Assembly: GCA_037128175.1 (NCBI GenBank)
Contig: JBAXWY010000049.1
Span: forward strand, 1 to 20,076
Origin: Methanothrix sp.
Lineage (GTDB): Archaea; Halobacteriota; Methanosarcinia; Methanotrichales; Methanotrichaceae
DNA length: 20,076 nucleotides
Direction: 5' to 3'
Shown here: positions 8,215 to 16,832 of the stretch, one piece after another
How positions within the stretch are numbered: position 1 is the first letter of the stretch
Layout of the letters: each line of letters begins with the position of its first letter
The notes under the pieces: model-generated
Database searches by the model: none
Told to the model about the DNA's origin: nothing
Seen by the model: only the letters and a program-made list of their open reading frames with translations
Program-made: the position numbers and the translations under genes

Positions 8215-9576
8215 CTACACATTGAGCTGGTAGGCGTAACCGGCCTGGAAGTTCTTGTAATCCGAGAACGTGAACCCGCTGCCATCTATGGCGATGTTGT
8301 GATACTCATTTCCCGGAACATTGATTGTCACTGTACCGTCGGGCTCTCCCGTCATTCCCTCGGTGGCCTGATAGCTGCCATCGACATAGACATTATACCC
8401 TCGCAGCCAGGCTGAGCTGATGGTGACTGCCGCGAAATTGTAGACGGGCTGGGCAGGAGGCTGGTAGGGCACTACATCTATTACTATCACGTTGCTGGGC
8501 TGTCCGGCAATATTGAAGAACAACTGATGCTGCCCCACCTCATCAGCATAAAATCCTATCTGGTTGTAGGGATTGAAGTAGTAGCTGTTCATATCCAGAT
8601 TTCCGTCCGGATAAATCTCATAGAGATAGCCATAACCTCCGGCTGAAGATGTGGTAATCATGTTCAGCATAGAGCCCAAAGGAACCATGGCATACTGAGT
8701 CCAGCTGGAGGGGCCTGATATCCAGAGAGAGTTTATGCCGGTGCTAAGAGCATAGGTCTGATACTGGGCGTAGGACACCGCTTTTTGCGTGGAGCCGAAG
8801 TAGAGCATGGCAGGCTCCACCCCCTTCAAATCGATTTTAGTAGGAGCGGTGAGCTGATCTACTGGAGCCTCGGAGGTAGAACGATAGTACTTAGAGAACT
8901 TCTGCAAAGCAACCTGACTGGAAGCTGTGCTTGAATCCTGGCCGGTTGCCAGACCGGATACTTGGCCTAATGACTGGCCGGCGCTCTGGTCTATTGCGGG
9001 ATTGGACAAGAGCGGCAGGCCGCTAACCCCGGTTGTCCGCGTTTCGGACTGCAATTTTGCAGACTTCACCAGCTCGCTTGAGCTGAGGGGCTTTTCGCTC
9101 CAGGATGCAGATTTTCCTCCTTTTGAGCCTGCATTTTCCAATCCAGATTGCAATCCAGAAGATGAAGAATCCTGCAAAGCGGCACTTCCCGTTACCGTGA
9201 TCGTCCCTTGCATGCCGGGGTGAATGCTGCAGTGATAGCCGTAGCTGCCGGGAGTTTTGAAAGTGAAGTCGAACTTCTTTCCTGGATTTAGCACACCTGA
9301 ATCGAATAAGCCTTTAATATCACTGGTAACAGAATGCTGTACACCATCCTGATTATGCCACTCTACTTTCGTTCCAACAGGCATGGTCAAAGTGGATGGC
9401 TGAAATAAGCTGTCCTTGATATTTATCGTGGTTGCAGAGCCGGATGGATCGTCAACCTGATTGAGTTTCACACCACCGAAATTGTACCCAACCTGGCTGT
9501 CGAGCTTTTTTTCGGACACAGCGCCCGATAAGCTGATCAGCATTATCAGGATCAATATTGATAGACACCTTTTCAT
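8215..9576 (-). CDS. secreted cupredoxin (plastocyanin/azurin-like) domain protein with Ser/Gly-rich linker and beta-rich C-terminal domains
   Basis: Signal peptide MKRCLSILILIMLISLSGA; FQPSTLT..VGTKVEWHNQDGVQHSVT...YHCSIHPGMQGTITV carries the type-1 Cu ligands H, C, H, M. Confidence 0.85.
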   Translation of the reverse strand: MKRCLSILILIMLISLSGAVSEKKLDSQVGYNFGGVKLNQVDDPSGSATTINIKDSLFQPSTLTMPVGTKVEWHNQDGVQHSVTSDIKGLFDSGVLNPGKKFDFTFKTPGSYGYHCSIHPGMQGTITVTGSAALQDSSSSGLQSGLENAGSKGGKSASWSEKPLSSSELVKSAKLQSETRTTGVSGLPLLSNPAIDQSAGQSLGQVSGLATGQDSSTASSQVALQKFSKYYRSTSEAPVDQLTAPTKIDLKGVEPAMLYFGSTQKAVSYAQYQTYALSTGINSLWISGPSSWTQYAMVPLGSMLNMITTSSAGGYGYLYEIYPDGNLDMNSYYFNPYNQIGFYADEVGQHQLFFNIAGQPSNVIVIDVVPYQPPAQPVYNFAAVTISSAWLRGYNVYVDGSYQATEGMTGEPDGTVTINVPGNEYHNIAIDGSGFTFSDYKNFQAGYAYQLNV

Positions 9577-9714
9577 AGACTAAACCCCCATTTCTTCTTA
9601 GATACGCATCTATAAGAATATATATTTTTTGTGGGAAAAATGTTATATAACGCTACAAAAATACTATGAGCCGCAACACATAGCACCGGCTCATCGTCCT
9701 TTAGAATAATAGCT

Positions 9715-11007
9715 TCACTCTTCCGGCTCATCCCGGAAGATGGTCTGCTCCCTTCCCGGCCCCACCGAGACGGCAGAAATGCAGTTATCCAGCGGCTCAA
9801 TATAGAGTAGCTCCTCCAGCCGCTCAACATAAGCACGGGCATTGGCCGGCAGATCATCATACTCTTTGACTTCGGTTATATCCTCAGTCCAACCAGGCAT
9901 GTCCTCATAAATGGGCTTGCATCTGGCCAGGTCCAATGTGCTCTCCGGAGGATAGCCGAGCTCCTCGCCATCGAGCGTATAGCCGACGCAAATTTTTATG
10001 GGATTAATGCCTGTGAGCACATCCAGTTTGGTTAGAGCCAGCTCCGTGTAGCCGTTCAGGTGTACGGACTTCAGGCCCAGGACAGCATCAAACCAGCCGC
10101 AGCGTCTGGCCCTGCCCGTTGTCGTACCATACTCTGCACCCTTCTCTCGCATCATCACGCCCAGAGCATCTTTTAGCTCCGTGGGCATGGGACCTTCTCC
10201 GACGCGGGTGATGTAGGCCTTGATCACGCCGACCACGTTGTCCACCATTACCGGGCCAACGCCTAAGTTGGCGCAGGCGCTTCCCGCGGTAGTGAAGCTG
10301 GAGGTCACGAACTTCTGCGTGCCGTGGATGACATCCAGGAATGCTCCCTGAGCGCCTTCGGCCAGAACGCACTTGTCCTCGATGAGAGCTATGTTGATCT
10401 CACGCGAGACATCCGTCACCTTGTCCTTCAGGCGTTTTCCGATCTCCAGATACTCATCGATGTAGGGCGCATACCTGACCACCGTGGGGTCGCCGCCCAT
10501 GTCGGCAATGGCTTTCTCCTTGGCCGGACCGATCTCTTTGAGCTTGGCCTCCAGCAGAGCCGGGTCGGTGAGGTCTCCCATCTGCACCTCCTCGCGAGCG
10601 ACCTTATCCACGTAGGCAAACCCAATGCCACGGTTGGTGGTGCCGATCTTCTCCGTCCTGGCCTTCTCACGTAGCCCGTCGAGCTCAATGTGATAGGGCA
10701 TGATGATGGTCGTCTTGGCGTCGATGCCGATATCGACCTTGATGCCCTCCGATTCCAGGGACTGAATCTCGCTCCACAGGACACGGGGGTTGAGCACCAC
10801 GCCCGGACCGATGAGCAGCCTTCTGCCAAAGATGGCGCCGCTGGGAACCAGATGCAGCTTGTATTTCTTGCCGCCTACTACCACGGTATGGCCGGCGTTG
10901 TCGCCGCCCTGGAAGCGAACCACAACATCGTAATTTTCGGCCAGCAAATCAATAACCTTGCCTTTGCCTTCATCACCAAACTGTGCACCGGTGAGTATTG
11001 TAAACAT
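9715..11007 (-). CDS. purA: adenylosuccinate synthetase
   Basis: GAQFGDEGKGK, RFQGGDNAGHT, IGTTNRGIG, EGAQG, EYGTTTGRARRCGWFD, TKLDVL. ATG at 11007 (MFTILTG) preferred. Confidence 0.97.
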   Translation of the reverse strand: MFTILTGAQFGDEGKGKVIDLLAENYDVVVRFQGGDNAGHTVVVGGKKYKLHLVPSGAIFGRRLLIGPGVVLNPRVLWSEIQSLESEGIKVDIGIDAKTTIIMPYHIELDGLREKARTEKIGTTNRGIGFAYVDKVAREEVQMGDLTDPALLEAKLKEIGPAKEKAIADMGGDPTVVRYAPYIDEYLEIGKRLKDKVTDVSREINIALIEDKCVLAEGAQGAFLDVIHGTQKFVTSSFTTAGSACANLGVGPVMVDNVVGVIKAYITRVGEGPMPTELKDALGVMMREKGAEYGTTTGRARRCGWFDAVLGLKSVHLNGYTELALTKLDVLTGINPIKICVGYTLDGEELGYPPESTLDLARCKPIYEDMPGWTEDITEVKEYDDLPANARAYVERLEELLYIEPLDNCISAVSVGPGREQTIFRDEPEE

Positions 11008-11017
11008 GGAGCTAAGG

Positions 11018-11911
11018 TTAGCGACCACGTAGATAACAATTTTGATGCACATGGCTTGCGATAGCTGCCGTCACATCCACGCCCAGGGCTTCGAAGATGC
11101 CCTTTCCCGAAGGCGTTCCATTCACCTCGATGACGGTGAGGCCGCGCTCCGTCTCCAGGAGATCCACGCCGCAGTAGACGGTGCCCACCGCCTTGGCCGC
11201 CTTGGCCGCCAACTCCTCCAGCTCCTTCGTTACAGGACAGGCTACCGCTCGTCCGCCCCGGGCCAGGTTGCTGATCCACTGGCCGGGAGGGGCGAGGCGA
11301 TGAATGGCGCCCAAAACTCTGCCGTCCACCACAAAGGCCCGGATGTCGCGGGGAGTAACGAGGGCGATGAACTCCTGCAGGTAGACCTGCCCCTGTTTTT
11401 CCAGTATGCTTTCCAGCCGGGCCTGGTCCAAATCACTGCCGTCCTCCAGAAGGATGATGTCTCTGCCCTTGTAGCCGAAGAGGGGCTTGGAGACTGCCTT
11501 TTTAAAATCGTGCACGGCTCTCTTGGCCTCTTTGAAGCTGGTGGTGACAGCAGTCCTGGGAGTGGCGACCCCGGCATCCTGCAAAGCTCGGGAGGTGGCG
11601 AACTTGTTGGCCGCTCTAGCTATGGCCTGGGGCGGATTGATGACGGTGATTCCCTTTTCCTGGAGGGCCTGCAAGACCTCAAAGCGGAAGGCTACGTCGC
11701 TCGCACCCCTTCGGCCCAGGTCCCGCACCACTATGGCGTCCAGATTGAGGAGATCGATTCCGGCGCAGCTAAAAGATTGAATGCTGTTGATGCTGGCCAG
11801 GAGGTCCGAGAAGTTCAGGAAAAATGCGTCCATGCCTTTTGCAGAGAAGGAGGCGAGGAGAGCCTGGGCTGTCCAATCCAGGGGGTCTGAAACAATGATG
11901 GCAACGCGCAT
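11018..11911 (-). CDS. mptN: RimK-family ATP-grasp ligase, probably tetrahydromethanopterin:alpha-L-glutamate ligase
   Basis: ATP-grasp motifs ANKFAT, KPLFGYKG, YLQEFI, DIRAFVV, WISNLARGG, GVDLL and IEVNGTP. The N-terminal SDPLDWTA and VRDLG resemble the Methanosarcinales MptN type; the exact substrate is inferred. ATG at 11911. Confidence 0.75.
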   Translation of the reverse strand: MRVAIIVSDPLDWTAQALLASFSAKGMDAFFLNFSDLLASINSIQSFSCAGIDLLNLDAIVVRDLGRRGASDVAFRFEVLQALQEKGITVINPPQAIARAANKFATSRALQDAGVATPRTAVTTSFKEAKRAVHDFKKAVSKPLFGYKGRDIILLEDGSDLDQARLESILEKQGQVYLQEFIALVTPRDIRAFVVDGRVLGAIHRLAPPGQWISNLARGGRAVACPVTKELEELAAKAAKAVGTVYCGVDLLETERGLTVIEVNGTPSGKGIFEALGVDVTAAIASHVHQNCYLRGR

Positions 11912-11937
11912 GAGCTGGTTTTGGGCGAGCGGATATA

Positions 11938-12672
11938 TCACGATTGCCTCTCAGTGGTTGCCGATAAGCTGCCGATGTATTGCCGATAAAATGCCGATAA
12001 CGAGTAAGCCCGCCCCCGCCGGGATGGGTCGGCCACCTCCAGCCAGCCGTCACCCACCCAGTATTTGAGAAGGTTTCGGACCATGCGCTCAGAAAGGCCC
12101 AGCTCGGCAGCTACCTCAGGAGCAGTGATGCGATCCTGACTTGCAAAGAGGCACAGCACTACCCGCGCCCGGTGGTCCAGGCGGCGCAGAGCTTCGGGCT
12201 TCGCCGGGTGGCCCTCGGCCCCGCATCTTTCCGCCTTAAGTCGAACTGCCTCGAAGATGGCGTTCTGGCCCTCCCGGTAAGGTGTGGGCCTGGCTCTGGG
12301 GCCATATTCTACCAGAGCATGCAGCCTCTTGATCAGCTCCTCGGTGAGGGGCTTTTTCTTCCTGGCCCACTCCTCCACGCAGAGGAGAGCATTCCAGTAA
12401 TTGCGAACCTCGGAGACATCCCTCTTTCTGCCTTCGATCTCGGTTTTTTCGTCGTTGATGACGGCTTTTGCCTCCTCAAGAGTCAAGCGGTTGCCCTCGA
12501 TAAAGGTGGAGAAGTGGGAGGATCGCACACGAGCGCGAGCACGTAGCGCGGCCTCAGCCGAAGGCGAGAGCGGCATGCGGTCCACTAAAGCACGCGCCGC
12601 CTCGATCTGCATCAGGCCGCGGGCGATGGCAAGGGTGAGGGTGAAGCGGGGGGACCAGATGGGGGATGGCAT
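11938..12672 (-). pseudogene. Fic-family protein with C-terminal HTH, carrying an in-frame deletion of the catalytic Fic core (pseudogene or non-catalytic variant)
   Basis: Fic N-terminal part with STFIEGN inhibitory motif, EVRNY and LIKRLHAL..YREGQNAI joins directly to FEAVR...ITAPEVAAELGLSERMVRNLL (HTH). No HPFxDGNGR motif. Confidence 0.75.
11958..12001. repeat. four 11-bp-period direct repeats (core TGCCGAT) at the 3' end of the Fic gene
   Basis: ttgccgataag / ctgccgatgta / ttgccgataaa / atgccgataac. Confidence 0.75.
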
Positions 12673-12696
12673 TTCGAATTAGTTCCTTGATCCATT

Positions 12697-12885
12697 TCAA
12701 GAAAGGATCAGTGTTTCAAAAAGAGTTAAAGATATCTTTTGATTTTGAAATAAAATCTCGAATCTCTTCTTGGCAAGCTGGTTGCTCTCTTCCTCTATCT
12801 CGCGCTCTGCCTTCTCGTGATCAATGCCCTTCGCCTTTTCTATGGCCTCTTCCAGAAGAGACCGCAGTTTGATCTTTTCAATCAC
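12697..12885 (-). CDS. small hypothetical helical protein or gene remnant
   Basis: GTG at 12885 after GGAG; AT-richer than its neighbours; no recognised family. Confidence 0.35.
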   Translation of the reverse strand: MIEKIKLRSLLEEAIEKAKGIDHEKAEREIEEESNQLAKKRFEILFQNQKISLTLFETLILS

Positions 12886-12920
12886 AAAGACAACTCCACT
12901 TGGCGAATCTAGCCGAGATC

Positions 12921-13409
12921 TTATCTCCCAAACCTCAGCACACATCTCCCCTCTCCCCGGCAGATCCTCTCCTCCCTCTCGAATCCGATCTCCCCACCCT
13001 CACCAGAAAACTCGCTCGCCCACACCGAGTTTTCCACCCGGCAGATCAGATCGCTCACCTTCTCCGAAAGATCCCCGCGCCCTGACTTTATCATCAAGTC
13101 ATGCCAGGGGCACCTCTTGACGATCACGACAAAGCCCTCACTATGCGGCTCTATCTCATACTCGAAGCCCTCCAGGTCCAGGCGGGCACAGAGCGCAGGC
13201 TCCAGCCCCGCAAGGCCCCCTGGCAAATGCATCATGCCCTTCAGGGCGCGGGCCTGAATCTTGGGCAGAACCTTCCAGACGGCCTCGTCCAGCCGCAAGG
13301 CCTCATCAAAGCCCAGCCTCTCCTCGACCTTCATAAACCACAGCCCGTCCACAGCCGTGTAGGACCGCCGGAAGTACTCCGCCTTCTGCTCCTCTGTCAA
13401 GCGGGTCAT
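12921..13409 (-). CDS. DUF6125-like protein (ATC-hydrolase/V4R-like fold, Cys ligands)
   Basis: YTAVDGLWFMKVEERLGFDEALRLDEAVW, RCPW, ICRVE, ICRGEGRCVLRF. ATG at 13409 overlaps the TPR gene stop (ATGA). Confidence 0.75.
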   Translation of the reverse strand: MTRLTEEQKAEYFRRSYTAVDGLWFMKVEERLGFDEALRLDEAVWKVLPKIQARALKGMMHLPGGLAGLEPALCARLDLEGFEYEIEPHSEGFVVIVKRCPWHDLMIKSGRGDLSEKVSDLICRVENSVWASEFSGEGGEIGFEREERICRGEGRCVLRFGR

Positions 13410-15388
13410 GCTCCCGGCCTCCCATCCGGCCTTTCCTGCGGCGCTGCCGCTCCAGCCTTTCGCCCCGCCTTGAAGATGGCCTTGCACGACTGCATGGAGC
13501 GGTGGCATTTTTCCGCCTGTTCTCGCATCTCATGGGCGCCCGGATGGCCCTCTCTCTCCAGCTCTTCCGCCCTGGCCCTGTAGATCTTAAAGGCCTTCTT
13601 GTAAGCCTTGAGCGCCTTTTTGCTGCACTCCTCTTTATCCAACACCTCCGAAAAAGTGACATAAGCAAAGGCCAAATCCCTGAGAATATCGGCGTGCTCC
13701 AGGGGGGCCGTTTCCAGCGTGTAATACTGCATGGCCCGCTCGCAGGCATCGATGGCTTTTTGGCAGTTTTCCGCCTTGTCCTCCATTTCAGCCAACGTGA
13801 TGAAGCTGTAGCCCAGATTTTTGAGAGCATCGGCGTGCTCTGCCGGGCTCGTTCTTTCATAAATTCTGATGGCGGACTGGCAGGCCTGTATTGCCCGCCG
13901 GCAGTTCTCCTTTTTTTCCTCGACCTCAGCCAGAGCCGAATAAGCCGCCCAGAGCAAGATCTGCGCCTCAGCATGCTCCTCTGGGTAATTGGGAACATCA
14001 TAGATCTGCAAAGCCTCAAAAGCCGCAGATATGGCCTTCTTGCAGTCCTCGGCTTTGGCCTCTGCCGATATTTCCATATCTGCCAGCATTATGGCCGTCA
14101 TGGCCAGATCCTTGCAGCAGGAAGCGATTTGCAGCGGCTGGGCGGCCCAGATCCTGTAAGAATACAGCCGATCCTCGCATGCCTGCAGAGCCAGAGCGCA
14201 GTTCTCGGCCCGGTACTCGATATCGGCTAAGGTAAGATAGGCCAGCCAGAGACTGCCTTTGGCTTCGCCATAATCCTCGGGTGAGTCTTCCAGAGAAAAG
14301 ACAGAGAGAGCCTTTTGCGCCGCCATGATGGCCTTCATGCAATTGCTGGTTTTATCCACTCTCTGCCCCTGAGTAAGATAGACATTGGCCAGATTATTTT
14401 GAACCGTTGCATAGAGCCTGGGGAACTCTTCCAGAGAATAGATCTGCAGAGCATTGCTGTAAGCTTCCAGTGCAAGCCGGCAGTTCTCCAGGCACCCTTG
14501 CTCGCCCCCTTCTTCTGAAACTTCATCTTCTTCGGCCAAAGCGAGGTAAGCATTACCCAGATTGTTCTCTAAGGCGGCGTAGGCTTGCGGCTGCTCTTCC
14601 TTTGTTCTGTAGAGCAGTGCCTCTCTGCAGGCAGCAAGAGCCAGCCGGCAGTTTCCGGCCTTGTCCTCGGTCTCGGAAAGGGAGAGATAGGCTATGGCCA
14701 GATTATTTTTCATAGCTGCATATTGCATGGGACTACGGTCCGGAGAATAAACGAGGATGGCTTCCTGATAAGCTAGAATGGCTTTTTTGCAGCTTCTTGC
14801 ATGATCGGCAGCATTTGCAGCCTGGGCCAGCGTCAGATGGCAGCTTCCCAGGTTGGCCATCGTTGCCGCAAATTGCAGGGGGCTATCTTTAAGATTGAAA
14901 ACGCGTAGCGCAGCTATGCAGGCCTCTACTGCCCTTTTGCCGTTTTCTGGCCGGCTCTCCAGCTCCGCCAGTTTTCGGTAGGCACCGCCTAGATCTTTTT
15001 GAATGGAAGCATGCTCTTCCGGAAAGGCGGTTAAAGAAAAGAAGGGCAGGGATTCTTCCCAGTAAAGGGTAGACTGCTTGAGGTTTTTGGCTCGATTTGC
15101 GATGTCCGCCAGAGCGGCATAGGCGAAGCCCAGGCCTCTCATGACTTTGGCGCGAGGAATTGGGTAGCGCTCCAGAGTATAAACGAGCAGAGCTTTTTCA
15201 TAGGCTGCAATGGCGCATTCGCAGATCAACAAATCATTTTTTTGCTTGATTATTTCCAGGCAATTGTCGCCCATCTTTCTTTGTATGTTGCTCTGCTGCA
15301 CATGGTCCATCTCGAAGGCCAGCATCTTCTCGTATACGATCAGGGCCTTTTCATATTCTGAATTGAGATGCGTTTTTTTGCTCTGCAA
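13406..15388 (-). CDS. tetratricopeptide-repeat protein (about 12 helical repeats)
   Basis: Repeating units such as A...YQEAILVY....PMQYAAMKNNLAIAY..L and A...YSNALQIY....PRLYATVQNNLANVY; GGAGG upstream of the TTG start. Confidence 0.88.
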   Translation of the reverse strand: MQSKKTHLNSEYEKALIVYEKMLAFEMDHVQQSNIQRKMGDNCLEIIKQKNDLLICECAIAAYEKALLVYTLERYPIPRAKVMRGLGFAYAALADIANRAKNLKQSTLYWEESLPFFSLTAFPEEHASIQKDLGGAYRKLAELESRPENGKRAVEACIAALRVFNLKDSPLQFAATMANLGSCHLTLAQAANAADHARSCKKAILAYQEAILVYSPDRSPMQYAAMKNNLAIAYLSLSETEDKAGNCRLALAACREALLYRTKEEQPQAYAALENNLGNAYLALAEEDEVSEEGGEQGCLENCRLALEAYSNALQIYSLEEFPRLYATVQNNLANVYLTQGQRVDKTSNCMKAIMAAQKALSVFSLEDSPEDYGEAKGSLWLAYLTLADIEYRAENCALALQACEDRLYSYRIWAAQPLQIASCCKDLAMTAIMLADMEISAEAKAEDCKKAISAAFEALQIYDVPNYPEEHAEAQILLWAAYSALAEVEEKKENCRRAIQACQSAIRIYERTSPAEHADALKNLGYSFITLAEMEDKAENCQKAIDACERAMQYYTLETAPLEHADILRDLAFAYVTFSEVLDKEECSKKALKAYKKAFKIYRARAEELEREGHPGAHEMREQAEKCHRSMQSCKAIFKAGRKAGAAAPQERPDGRPGA

Positions 15389-15854
15389 TGGCCAATTCGC
15401 CTCCTTTTGTTTTTCCCGGTGGATACAGATCCAGATGGATATCGCCGCTACTTCTAATCTTCGCCCACTAACTTATTTAAAATACCGAAAGTGTTAAATC
15501 CGATGAGATTAGATAGTGTAGTAGAAAAGATTATTATCATTAACGATGATGTTGATAAGAGTTCTGCCAAAACCGGAGAGTTCAGGTCCTAAACCTCCTT
15601 CCTGAACCTCTCCCACCTCATTATATTCCTTTATTGATTTTTGATTTTACACTTCATTTTAAAAATTGATGACCTCGTGAATATATTACGCAAAATTTTA
15701 AAAATCATCTAATTACCACGACATCCAGGAGGAGCAAGATAGCTCCCAAAAAACCTACTATGGTGATTATCGTCTCAGTATTTATCTCTGGGTTATGCAC
15801 GGGCCATGCGCTAAGCAGATCTAGGATATATAGGTTTCCGGAGACGAGGGCTTT

Positions 15855-16098
15855 TCAGGCACCTAACAGATCTCCCACCCAAAGCATTCGGTTCCTCTGG
15901 GGACTATTGCCAAAGGCCTGGAAGACCTTGCCGTCGGCAGTGACCAAGTGGCCATCCAGCGCCTCGGCCAGAGCCAGGTAAAGACAATCGTAGACGCTGC
16001 GTTTGGTCCCGATAGCCATATGAAATGCTTCCTCTCGGAAATTCTGAGATGGATAAGACCGGATAGGAAATGCGATTATTTTATTATGGAGATATCAT
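15855..16098 (-). pseudogene. vapC: VapC/PIN-domain toxin remnant lacking its N-terminal half
   Basis: Manual translation: ...IIAFPIRSYPSQNFREEAFHMAIGTKRSVYDCLYLALAEALDGHLVTADGKVFQAF...LWVGDLLGA*. The ATG coupled to the upstream antitoxin (16098) is out of frame and stops after 4 codons; no N-terminal xxDxS motif. Confidence 0.8.
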
Positions 16099-16166
16099 CG
16101 CTCCCTGTCCTCGCGGATAAGCTCTACCGAATCGAGAAACGCCATGCCTTTCAGTCTCTCTGCTCG
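16095..16166 (-). pseudogene. VapB-type antitoxin C-terminal remnant
   Basis: RAERLKGMAFLDSVELIREDRER*, a typical DS..LIREDR tail with ATGA overlap into the vapC remnant. Its 5' part is replaced by the repeat starting at 16172. Confidence 0.7.
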
Positions 16167-16171
16167 GCAGA

Positions 16172-16323
16172 CGAGGCGAAAGCCTTTAAATCACTACGAA
16201 ATTAAGAGAGTAGGTAAGAAACTGTTGCTTGTTGACGGCTATGGCGATCATCGTCTGAATTGAGGTTATGATAAGAGGGATGAATGGATAGCTGCAGCTT
16301 TAGATATTCTTTTTTAATGTAAC
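16172..16323 (+). repeat. about 150-bp dispersed repeat, copy 1 (BRE/TATA-like start, T-tract end)
   Basis: Aligns by eye with 18486-18641 at roughly 85% identity. Confidence 0.9.
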
Positions 16324-16324
16324 G

Positions 16325-16416
16325 GGTTTACGAGTTTCACCACAAAGCACAATAGTCGTCTCCGTTCGTTCGTCCTCCGTGCGCTCAGTGTCTGCGGTGG
16401 TGGTAGTCCGTAAACC
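16325..16416. mobile_element. MITE/REP-like element copy A with GGTTTACG...CGTAAACC terminal inverted repeats
   Basis: Perfect 8-bp inverted termini, internal CACCACAAAG/TCTGCGGTG arms, internal sequence shared with 19826-19884 and 18892-18944. No transposase in the window. Confidence 0.55.
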
Positions 16417-16646
16417 ATTGGTTATAACCAGTGGCTAACGACGTTTTCACCACAGAGACACCACAGTTCACAGAGAACGCACAGAGCGACTAACTAACAA
16501 CTGGATAAACATAGTAACCTGAGGTTAGCAATTGGAAATAGCGAAGAGCCATAAGTATCTTAGGTAAACACCATCTCCCTCGCACAATGGCTCTTTTTAA
16601 GCGCCAAGAGTATAATCTTTGAGCCCTAACGCATATTGGGATCATT

Positions 16647-16832
16647 ATGCAAATTAGAGCAATATATGAGCATGAGGTCTTGAAGCCACTGGGAAAGCTG
16701 GATCTGAAGGATGGCGAAGAAGTGGAACTAACGCTAACGAAAAAGATATCAGAGAGGACTTTTGGTTTAATCACGCTGGATCATGATATCATTGAAGAGA
16801 TCATTGAGGATACAGAATATGGATCCTGGTAA
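16647..16832 (+). CDS. AF2212-like (DUF104) VapB-type antitoxin
   Basis: MQIRAIYEHEVLKPLGKLDLKDGEEVEL matches the IxAIYExGVLKPL..L.L.EGE.V pattern; TTTTTAAG TATA-like box about 50 bp upstream. Confidence 0.85.
   Translation: MQIRAIYEHEVLKPLGKLDLKDGEEVELTLTKKISERTFGLITLDHDIIEEIIEDTEYGSW

Noticed and set aside
10088-14776. Numerous alternative-frame and antisense ORFs over purA, mptN, Fic and TPR
   Set aside because: Expected by-products of GC-rich coding sequence; no motifs.
15541-15620. Fluoride-riboswitch-like look (GATG...GTTC..CC AAAACCG)
   Set aside because: Lacks the GGCGATGG/GTTCGCC stem and the downstream GCTnATGAC motif; no crcB-type gene nearby.
15760-16205. + strand ORFs 15760-15981 and 15948-16205
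   Set aside because: Antisense to the vapBC remnant, which has clear PIN motifs.
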